From assembly GCA_963749345.1 (NCBI GenBank), contig CAVVMO010000004.1, forward strand, positions 2,986,588 through 3,050,587: DNA of 64,000 nucleotides, read 5' to 3'. A program made the translations under genes and the position numbers. Source of the DNA: an uncultured Bacteroidales bacterium (GTDB taxonomy: Bacteria; Bacteroidota; Bacteroidia; Bacteroidales; JAADJA01). The notes beneath the pieces are model-generated. The model did no database searches. It saw nothing but the letters and a program-made list of their open reading frames with translations, and was not told where the DNA came from. Shown piece after piece: positions 41,390-49,116 of this stretch; the stretch's first letter is position 1, and each line of letters opens with the position of its first letter.

Positions 41390-42877
41390 ATGGAAATTAA
41401 AGAAAACAAATCAATCAGCCGAAGGAAGTTTATCGGCAACGCTGCGGCAGCAACTGCCGGGTTCACTATTCTACCTTCTTATGTAATTAGCGGGTTTGGG
41501 TATAAAATGCCCAGTGACAAGTTGAATATTGCCGGAGTTGGTGTCGGCGGAGTTGGCGCTCACAATGTGACCAACTGCGCCGGTGAAAACATCATTGCCT
41601 TGTGCGATGTCGACTGGGCTTATGCTGCCGGAACGTTCGAAAAATATCCAAATGCCAAGAAGTACAAGGATTACCGGAAAATGTTTGACGAACTGGGAAA
41701 ATCCATTGATGCTGTGATCATCGCTACACCCGATCATACCCATGCCATCATCACTGCCCAAGCGATTAAAATGGGAAAACACGTATACACCCAGAAGCCT
41801 TTGACACATACCGTATATGAGTCGAGATTGCTGAAAAATCTGGCAAAGGAATATAAAGTTGCAACCCAAATGGGCAACCAGGGAAATTCAGGTGACGGCA
41901 TCCGCCAAACTTGCGAATGGATTTGGGATGGAGCTATCGGCGAAATCACTGAGGTTCATGCCTGGACCAACCGTCCTATCTGGCCTCAGGGATTGGAAAG
42001 GCCAACAGAATCCTTTGATGTTCCTTCCACCCTCGATTGGGATTTGTTCATTGGCCCGGCGCAATGGCGTCCTTATCATCCCTCTTATACACCCTGGAAC
42101 TGGCGGGCATGGTGGGATTTTGGAACCGGTGCTTTGGGCGACATGGCCTGCCATATTGTTGATCCCGCATTCTGGGCATTAAAGTTGGGACATCCAACGT
42201 GTATCTATGGTAGTTCAACCCAGGTGAATACCGAAAGCGCTCCTCATTCGGAGATGGTTCATTATGAGTTTCCCGACAGGGGCAGTATTGGAAATATAAA
42301 ACTTCTGCCGCTTAAAATGACCTGGTACGATGGTGGACTTCTGCCGCCCCGTCCTTCTGAATTGAAAGACGGACAGATCATGGGCGATCATAGTGGTGGG
42401 GTACTTTTTGTCGGTACAAAAGGAAAGTTGATGACAGGATGTTATGGGCGTGATCCTATTCTTCTTCCTGAGCAGCTCCATAGTGAGTACAAACGTCCGG
42501 AACCTTCGATCAGGAGGATTGCAGATGCAATGGAGGGAGGTCATGAACTCGATTGGATAAGGGCATGTAAGGAAAGCCCTGAAAGCAGGGTTCAAACTAG
42601 TTCAAACTTCGATTATTCCGGTCCGCTCAATGAGCTGGTGGTGATGGGTAATCTGGCTGTCCGTCTGCAGGATCTCAATCGTAAACTGATGTGGGATGGC
42701 GAAAATATGATGATCACCAACATTTCCGATGCAGATGAGATCAGGGTGGTGACAACGGATAAGTTCACCGTTATTGAAGGGCACCCCAACTTTGATACTC
42801 AATATGCCACAATAAAGGCCTTACCGGCTGCACAGGAGTACATTCAGCATAAATACAGGGAAGGGTGGGAGATGTAG
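41390..42877 (+). CDS. Gfo/Idh/MocA-family oxidoreductase with Tat signal
   Basis: SRRKFIGNAAAATAGF. GVGVGGVGAH. TQKPLTH. 495 aa. Confidence 0.85.
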   Translation: MEIKENKSISRRKFIGNAAAATAGFTILPSYVISGFGYKMPSDKLNIAGVGVGGVGAHNVTNCAGENIIALCDVDWAYAAGTFEKYPNAKKYKDYRKMFDELGKSIDAVIIATPDHTHAIITAQAIKMGKHVYTQKPLTHTVYESRLLKNLAKEYKVATQMGNQGNSGDGIRQTCEWIWDGAIGEITEVHAWTNRPIWPQGLERPTESFDVPSTLDWDLFIGPAQWRPYHPSYTPWNWRAWWDFGTGALGDMACHIVDPAFWALKLGHPTCIYGSSTQVNTESAPHSEMVHYEFPDRGSIGNIKLLPLKMTWYDGGLLPPRPSELKDGQIMGDHSGGVLFVGTKGKLMTGCYGRDPILLPEQLHSEYKRPEPSIRRIADAMEGGHELDWIRACKESPESRVQTSSNFDYSGPLNELVVMGNLAVRLQDLNRKLMWDGENMMITNISDADEIRVVTTDKFTVIEGHPNFDTQYATIKALPAAQEYIQHKYREGWEM

Positions 42878-42922
42878 GTTCAAGGTTTCAGGTTCAAGGT
42901 TCAAAGTTCAAGGTTCAAAGTT
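42877..42922. repeat. (GGTTCAAG/GGTTCAAA)n short tandem repeat
   Basis: ggttcaaggtttcaggttcaaggttcaaagttcaaggttcaaagtt, directly after the stop codon. A related tract lies at 49058-49115. Confidence 0.7.
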
Positions 42923-42928
42923 ATGGTC

Positions 42929-43055
42929 ACTCCGAAAAGTTGGAACCCGTCATTGCGAACGAAGTGAAGCAATCCTTTCGCATAGAAAACCAACAGATTG
43001 CTTCGGGCTTTGCCCTCGCAATGACGACCTAATTGACTTTTCGGAGGGGACTCAA
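42929..43055 (+). repeat. Palindromic intergenic element (CGTCATTGCGA...TCGCAATGACG family), copy 2
   Basis: Outer CTCCGAAAAGT/ACTTTTCGGAG, middle CGTCATTGCGA/TCGCAATGACG, inner GAAGCAATC/GATTGCTTC. ORF 42901..43101(-) is an artefact of this element. Confidence 0.75.
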
Positions 43056-43121
43056 TGTTCAAAGTTGACTGAAGACTTAAAGCTTTAATCAAAATATACA
43101 AATGACATAATACAATTAAAT

Positions 43122-43841
43122 ATGAAAAAGTTAGGAAAGTTAATTTTAGTATCAGTTATTATTGCAGTTATGACTAATTGCGCACCGAAAGGAGAACAAA
43201 GTAAAGACGAAGGCTGGGTGCCTTTGTTTGATGGAAAGACCGCAGAGGGCTGGCGGAGTTATGGAAAAGAAACCTTCCCCGAAAAAGGCTGGTTGATTGA
43301 AGAGGGTGTATTGCATGTTCAGGGTTCAGGAAAGGGTGAAGCCGGCGGTGGTGGCGACATCATTACCATGAAAAAGTATAGCAATTTCGAGTTGTCGCTT
43401 GAGTGGAAAGTCTCGGAAGGCGGCAACAGCGGTATCTTTTACCTTGTGCAGGAAAAGCCGGACCAGGAAATCTGGAAATCGGCGCCGGAAATGCAGATAC
43501 TGGACAATGCGAAGCATCCCGATGCAAAGCTGGGTGTGGATGGTAACCGTGCAGCCGGTTCGTTGTACGACCTCATTCCCGGGAAATTTGAGGCGGTGAA
43601 GCCTGCCGGCGAATGGAACCAAGTGAAGATCATGGTTTACAAAGGAACCGTTGTCCACTGGATGAACGGCGAGAATGTGCTGGAATACCACCTGTGGACC
43701 GACGACTGGAAGAAGATGGTTGCCAACAGCAAGTTTAAGGATTATCCTGATTTTGTGAACCCCGCACAGGAGGGTTACATCGGCCTGCAGGACCATGGCG
43801 ATGATGTGTGGTTCAGGAGTATTAAGATAAGGGAACTGTAG
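43122..43841 (+). CDS. DUF1080 (3-keto-disaccharide hydrolase-like) lipoprotein
   Basis: Lipobox VIIAVMTNC. GW..L..GKT..GW. GGNSGIFY. GYIGLQDHGDDVWFRSIKI. Confidence 0.8.
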   Translation: MKKLGKLILVSVIIAVMTNCAPKGEQSKDEGWVPLFDGKTAEGWRSYGKETFPEKGWLIEEGVLHVQGSGKGEAGGGGDIITMKKYSNFELSLEWKVSEGGNSGIFYLVQEKPDQEIWKSAPEMQILDNAKHPDAKLGVDGNRAAGSLYDLIPGKFEAVKPAGEWNQVKIMVYKGTVVHWMNGENVLEYHLWTDDWKKMVANSKFKDYPDFVNPAQEGYIGLQDHGDDVWFRSIKIREL

Positions 43842-43853
43842 GTTTTTAAGATC

Positions 43854-44069
43854 ATGAATTGTATTATTTTTGTAAAAAAATTGGACATGCTTACAAAGAA
43901 AAAAGTAAATAAAACCATCAAAAAACTGCCTGATACTTTTACGATTGATCAGTTGATTGATGAATTGATCTTTATTGAAAAGGTGGAGGAAGGGTATCAG
44001 CAATCAGAGGCCGGTAAAGTAGTTTCAAATGAGGATTTGAAATTAATGATTGATAAGTGGTCAAAATAG
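43854..44069 (+). CDS. Putative antitoxin partnered with a ParE/RelE-type toxin
   Basis: Small ORF whose stop overlaps the start of the ParE-like frame. Family not recognised. The start may be ATG 43887. Confidence 0.45.
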   Translation: MNCIIFVKKLDMLTKKKVNKTIKKLPDTFTIDQLIDELIFIEKVEEGYQQSEAGKVVSNEDLKLMIDKWSK

Positions 44070-44356
44070 TTTGGACTGAGGTTTCGATCCGGGACAATAA
44101 GGAAATATTTGATTACATTGCAGACGATTCTGTCCGCTAATCTGCGCTTACAGTCCATAAAATTTATCAAAAGGTTCAGCCACTCACTCATAATCCTTTT
44201 ATTGGCAGGATAGTTCCTGAATTTAACGAAAAATTAATAAGAGAAGTAATCGAAGGTAATTACAGAATAATTTACAGGTTAAAAAAAGATAACCAAGTAG
44301 ATATTTTAAGAGTTTACCATTCAGCCCGATTATTGAAACAGAACAAAATTAAATAA
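44057..44356 (+). pseudogene. ParE/RelE-family toxin with in-frame TAA at 44138-44140
   Basis: (V)VKIVWTEVSIRDNKEIFDYIADDSVR-stop-SALTVHKIYQKVQPLTHNPFIGRIVPEFNEKLIREVIEGNYRIIYRLKKDNQVDILRVYHSARLL. The whole length is in one frame. Not in the ORF track because of the stop. Confidence 0.7.
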
Positions 44357-44527
44357 CCCAGATGCTGGCGAGCTTGCTGCTCGTGCCATGCAAGACATTG
44401 GGATTAATAGCGATATTTGCGGAGTGAGGCAGAACGAAATAAAACCAGGCTCTATTCAGGGTTATCCGGCTAAGGGTGGTTGGATAGGCTGGGAAGAGAA
44501 AGGGGGATGAAGGAGGTAGAGCTCATT

Positions 44528-45214
44528 ATGAGAAACATTAAAATTGGAATATTACTTTTCTGTATGATTTTGATGATTTGTTGTAATCAAAAAAATGGAG
44601 ATAGTTCTACTAATTCCGATATAGAAGTATGGGATTCAGTAAAGAGTTCAACAAATCATTATGATTACTTACGTTTCATGATAAACCATGCAGATTCAAG
44701 GTATTTTGATACTGCATTAATAAGATATTTTAAATACCAGGAAATATTATTTGACTCCATAGGTCCGCCAATGGTGGATTGTTTCGATAGATGCATAAGT
44801 GTAATAATTACAAAATCTGATTCAATATTGTTTGAGCATGAACCGATTCTATTTGGTGATTTAAACAAAAAATCCCTTTCATATTTGATAAATGAAAATA
44901 ATTATGAATGGATGCCTGAACAAAAATTAGTAAAAGATAAAAACGGATTAGAAAGATACGTTTCGAATGGCTACTTTTATTTGCAAACAGATTTAGAATC
45001 AAATTATAAATTGAAACAAGGTATAAATGAAATTAAATTAGCCTATAAAAATTACAAGAATTATCTTTCAGAGAAATGGTTTAGAGTGAAGTTTGACAAA
45101 TTGGATCCTGACAATAAAGAACTTATTGATAATCTGGTAAGACAGAGGATTAAAATAGGAAAATACTATAAAATTATTTTAGTTGAAGAAGATATTAACG
45201 GAATTAATACATGA
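44528..45214 (+). CDS. Hypothetical lipoprotein, AT-rich
   Basis: MRNIKIGILLFCMILMICC lipobox. Visibly lower GC than the flanks. Bracketed by imperfect direct repeats at 44364-44396 and 45233-45267. Confidence 0.55.
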   Translation: MRNIKIGILLFCMILMICCNQKNGDSSTNSDIEVWDSVKSSTNHYDYLRFMINHADSRYFDTALIRYFKYQEILFDSIGPPMVDCFDRCISVIITKSDSILFEHEPILFGDLNKKSLSYLINENNYEWMPEQKLVKDKNGLERYVSNGYFYLQTDLESNYKLKQGINEIKLAYKNYKNYLSEKWFRVKFDKLDPDNKELIDNLVRQRIKIGKYYKIILVEEDINGINT

Positions 45215-45306
45215 ATAACGAGCTCTACCGTCGCTGGCGCGTACTTGTAGCTCGTGCCATGCAAGACGAACTTAGATCTATAATAGCATCTTATAAAAGA
45301 TAATCT

Positions 45307-46146
45307 GTGAAACACCTCGCCCTATTTGCCCTGCTATCCATCCTGCTATCCTGTTCTCAACCGGTTCAAAAGCCAAAAGCCGCCGCGAATGATACCTGGC
45401 GCACAGAAGTTGTAAGACCGGATTTCCGGCAAATCCTCGACTCGGCAAATGTGGAGAGTTCGGTTTTGGTTTACGATCTTCAGAGCGATACAGCATATTC
45501 AAACGACTTTACCCGTTGCGATATGGGTTTTTTACCGGCATCCACGTTTAAAATACCCAATTCGATCATTGCATTGGAAACAGGCCTGGTGGAAGACGAC
45601 AGCACCTTGTTTAAATGGGATGGCGAAAAACGAAGGCTTCCTGTCTGGGAGCAGGATTTGATTTTCAGGGATGCCTTCCAGTTCTCGTGCGTACCTTGTT
45701 ACCAGGAGATAGCCAGGAAAATAGGAGTGGAGCGGATGAAAGAATACCTTGCCAAACTCAACTACGGGAACATGGTTGTTGACTCAGCCACCATTGACCT
45801 TTTCTGGCTCGAAGGCGAGTCAACCATTACGATGAACCAGCAACTTGATTTCCTGAAACGGTTTTACTATTCCGAATTACACATATCCGAAAGAACCTAT
45901 GAAATAATGAAACGCCTGATGCTGATAGAATCAAATGATTCATGGAAATTCAGCGGTAAAACGGGCTGGGCAATCAGGAACGGGAACAACATTGGTTGGT
46001 TCGTCGGCTATCTCGAAAAAGGAAACAAAGTATATTTTATCATCACCAACATTGAACCCAATGAAGCCTTCAACATGGATTTGTTCCCGAAGATCAGGAC
46101 GCAGATTTCACTCGGTGCATTCAGAAAACTGGGTTTGATTGAATAA
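45307..46146 (+). CDS. Class D (OXA-type) beta-lactamase, lipoprotein signal
   Basis: The class D motifs are present in order: S-T-F-K (PASTFKIPNS), S-x-V (SCV), YGN, FWLEG, K-T-G (GKTGWA). GTG start, LLSC lipobox. Confidence 0.85.
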   Translation: MKHLALFALLSILLSCSQPVQKPKAAANDTWRTEVVRPDFRQILDSANVESSVLVYDLQSDTAYSNDFTRCDMGFLPASTFKIPNSIIALETGLVEDDSTLFKWDGEKRRLPVWEQDLIFRDAFQFSCVPCYQEIARKIGVERMKEYLAKLNYGNMVVDSATIDLFWLEGESTITMNQQLDFLKRFYYSELHISERTYEIMKRLMLIESNDSWKFSGKTGWAIRNGNNIGWFVGYLEKGNKVYFIITNIEPNEAFNMDLFPKIRTQISLGAFRKLGLIE

Positions 46147-46221
46147 TGTTGTGAGCGGCCAAAGTTAAAAGTCCATCAGTAATTATTATTTATTTTTGCC
46201 TGCTTAAAATTCCCGGACAGG

Positions 46222-47265
46222 ATGATTTCTCCCTTATTCAGTCAATTGCTCATTCCATTTCTGGTAGCCATGTTCCTCGCCATAAACATGGGTGGAAGCG
46301 GAACGGGGCCATCCTTTTCGGCGGCTTTTGGTGCAAATGCAATCAGGCGTAGCGCTATCGCCGGTTTATTCGGGATCATGGTGTTTCTGGGAGCCATACT
46401 GGCCGGAAAAGCCACGGCAACAACCCTGGGGAGAGATTTGCTGAATCCCGAAATGATGTCATACACAGTAGTATCGATTATTCTTTTTGCAGTAGCTATT
46501 TCTCTGCTTGTCGCCAATCTTTTCGGCATCCCTCAATCCACCAGCCAGTCAACAGTGCTGGCGGTTACAGCGGCTGCTATTTATTTCCACGAGTTCAATT
46601 CAAACAGACTTTTTATTCAAATCATCCCTGCATGGTTTATCCTTCCGGTTATTTCATTTTTTGTCTGCCTGCTGATCGGGAAGTATATTTACAAACCCAT
46701 CCGCAAGCGGGGATATTTTTTATCGGCGCGCCTGAACCAGCACCCAGCCTTAAGGATGGTAATTATTATCATGTCGTGCTATGTGGCATTTTCAATCGGA
46801 TCAAACAACGTAGCCAATGCCTCCGGCCCCATTGCTTCTATGATCATTAAAGAACTCAACCTTGATCCGGGCGGAAGGAATTTTATCCTGATCATGATTT
46901 TATCCACTTTGATTGTCGCTCCCAGTTTTGGCATCGGCAGTTCTGTTTTTGGCCGTAAAATACTTCAAAACACCGGTAAAGAGATCATCCTTTTCGGGAA
47001 AATAGAAGCTGCAATCATTGCCTTTGTCAGTGCAACGTTATTGTTGCTGGCTTCAATAACCAAAGGTATCCCAACATCGCTGGTACAACTGAATGTAGCT
47101 GCCATTCTCGGAATTGGTGTTGCCAAACTGGGTTTCAAAAATATTTTCCGAAGGACGGAAGTCAATAAGTTTTTTGTGATGTGGGTCGTAGCACCTGTGA
47201 TTGCCTTTGTTCTTACCCTTTTAATGCTTTATGTTGCAGATGTAAATGGATTGCTGTTTTTATGA
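46222..47265 (+). CDS. Inorganic phosphate transporter, PiT (PHO4) family
   Basis: Polytopic membrane protein with NMGGSGTGPSF and GSNNVANASGP motifs. Confidence 0.75.
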   Translation: MISPLFSQLLIPFLVAMFLAINMGGSGTGPSFSAAFGANAIRRSAIAGLFGIMVFLGAILAGKATATTLGRDLLNPEMMSYTVVSIILFAVAISLLVANLFGIPQSTSQSTVLAVTAAAIYFHEFNSNRLFIQIIPAWFILPVISFFVCLLIGKYIYKPIRKRGYFLSARLNQHPALRMVIIIMSCYVAFSIGSNNVANASGPIASMIIKELNLDPGGRNFILIMILSTLIVAPSFGIGSSVFGRKILQNTGKEIILFGKIEAAIIAFVSATLLLLASITKGIPTSLVQLNVAAILGIGVAKLGFKNIFRRTEVNKFFVMWVVAPVIAFVLTLLMLYVADVNGLLFL

Positions 47266-47293
47266 TAGTGGATTAGCGGCAGTGGCAGTAGCA

Positions 47294-47467
47294 GGGGAAG
47301 CGGCAGCGGCAGCGGTAGTTTGAACCCAGAACTCAGAACTCAGAACACTGAACTGAGAACAGAGAACATTTACCGAGGTATAATGGAAATAAGGAAATAG
47401 GGGGAAGCGGCAGCGGCATCGGCAGTTTGAACCCAGAACCCAGAACACTGAACTGAAAACAGAGAAC
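47294..47467. repeat. Two ~70-nt units: (GCGGCA)n + GTTTGAACCCAGAAC(T/C)CAGAAC...AGAGAAC
   Basis: Unit 1 is 47294-47367 and unit 2 is 47401-47467, separated by GGAAATAAGGAAATAGG words. Confidence 0.75.
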
Positions 47468-47545
47468 TGTTAAATATTATTAAACCAATTCTTCACAAAC
47501 AACAAAATTGTACATTTGTGCAATAACAATTTAAACCCTTATAAA

Positions 47546-48106
47546 ATGACAACAATTATCATTCTTATTATTGCAGCGATCATAGCGATCTGGCTGGTCA
47601 GTCTTTACAACAGGTTAGTAAAACTCCGGAACAACCGGGAGAATTCATTTGCAGACATCGATGTTCAGCTCAGGCAGCGTCACGACCTTATTCCGCAGCT
47701 GGTGGAAGCGGTAAAAGGCTATATGAAGCATGAAAGCACTGTTCTTTCAGATGTGACCAATGCAAGGGCAAATGCATTAAAAGCAACCTCTATAAACGAT
47801 AAAATCACAGCTGAGAACCAGCTTTCTTCTGCGTTGCGTGGGTTGCAGGTAGCCGTCGAGGCCTATCCCGACCTGAAAGCCAGCCAGAATTTCATGAACC
47901 TGCAGGAAGAAATTTCCGATGTGGAGAACAAGCTGGCTGCAGCAAGACGGTTTTTCAACTCTGCCACCAAAGAATACAACAATGCAGTGGAAGTTTTTCC
48001 AAGCAACATCGTAGCCGGTACTTTTGGCTTCAATAAGGAAGTTATGTTTGATCTTGGAAATGATGGACGCGAGCAGATGGAGCAACCCCCAAATGTGAAG
48101 TTTTAA
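47546..48106 (+). CDS. lemA: LemA-family protein
   Basis: N-terminal TM helix, then YNRLVKLRNNRENSFADIDVQLRQRHDLIPQLVE... Confidence 0.85.
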   Translation: MTTIIILIIAAIIAIWLVSLYNRLVKLRNNRENSFADIDVQLRQRHDLIPQLVEAVKGYMKHESTVLSDVTNARANALKATSINDKITAENQLSSALRGLQVAVEAYPDLKASQNFMNLQEEISDVENKLAAARRFFNSATKEYNNAVEVFPSNIVAGTFGFNKEVMFDLGNDGREQMEQPPNVKF

Positions 48107-48127
48107 TTTCTGATTACAAATAATCAA

Positions 48128-49057
48128 ATGAAATACGTCGGTCTGCAAACCCAGATATGGCGGAACAATTTAAATTCAGTCATCCTGCTGATATTGTTTC
48201 CGGTGGTTCTGTATGCACTCTTCTGGCTATTCGTATATTTTACTTCTGGCAATGGTGAATACGATCCGGTTGACACTGCCAACACTTCTTTTATTTATAT
48301 GTTTCCATGGATCACAGTAGGTGTGGCCATCTGGTTCCTTATCGCATGGCTTTCGCACACTTCCATGATCAACAGGGCGACCGGGAGCCGCCCTCTCGAA
48401 AGGAAGGAGAATAAGCGGGTTTACAACCTTGTGGAAAATCTGTGCATCACTTCCGGAATGAAGATGCCGAAGGTGAATGTGATCGAGGATGATTCGTTGA
48501 ATGCGTTTGCCAGCGGCATTAGTCAGGGAACTTTCACTGTTTCAGTATCGCGGGGTATGCTTAATAAGTTGGACGACCAGGAACTGGAAGGAGTTATCGC
48601 ACATGAACTCACGCATATCCGCAACCGGGATGTGCGGCTACTGATCGTATCCATTATTTTCGTCGGGATTTTTGCTTTCGTGGCTGAAATGTTTTTCCGG
48701 GGCATGATATTCGGCGGTGGCAGCCGCAAAGGAAAAGGTGGCGGCGCTATGATCGTTGGTCTTATTCTCGCACTTGTAGGATATTCTTTATCGGTCATTT
48801 TCCGGTTTGCCATTTCGCGAAAGCGTGAATATATGGCTGATGCAGGCGGTTCTGAGATGACTAAAAATCCGTTGGCGCTTGCTTCTGCATTACGAAAAAT
48901 ATCCATTGATCCGCGTATTGAAGCGGTAGAGCGTCAGGACGTAGCTCAAATGTTTATCGAAAATCCACAGGAAAAGCAAAAAGGTTTTTCATTCTCCTCT
49001 ATTTTCGCAACCCATCCACCTATTGAAGAAAGGATCAAACTGCTTGAGCAGTTTTAG
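48128..49057 (+). CDS. M48-family (HtpX-like) zinc metalloprotease
   Basis: HELTHIRNRD (HExxH), four TM segments, the common LemA-M48 gene pairing. Confidence 0.8.
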   Translation: MKYVGLQTQIWRNNLNSVILLILFPVVLYALFWLFVYFTSGNGEYDPVDTANTSFIYMFPWITVGVAIWFLIAWLSHTSMINRATGSRPLERKENKRVYNLVENLCITSGMKMPKVNVIEDDSLNAFASGISQGTFTVSVSRGMLNKLDDQELEGVIAHELTHIRNRDVRLLIVSIIFVGIFAFVAEMFFRGMIFGGGSRKGKGGGAMIVGLILALVGYSLSVIFRFAISRKREYMADAGGSEMTKNPLALASALRKISIDPRIEAVERQDVAQMFIENPQEKQKGFSFSSIFATHPPIEERIKLLEQF

Positions 49058-49115
49058 CAGGTTCAAGGTTCAAAGTTTCAGGTTCCAGATTTCGAATTTC
49101 AAATTTCGAATTTCA
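49058..49115. repeat. GGTTCAAG / ATTTCGAATTTCA short tandem word repeats
   Basis: caggttcaaggttcaaagtttcaggttccagatttcgaatttcaaatttcgaatttca, between convergent genes. Confidence 0.65.
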
Positions 49116-49116
49116 T

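Noticed and set aside
44364-45267. Integron attC sites flanking the AT-rich ORF
   Set aside because: There is no integrase or attI in the window. The repeats are direct, not the imperfect inverted R''-L''/L'-R' structure of attC.
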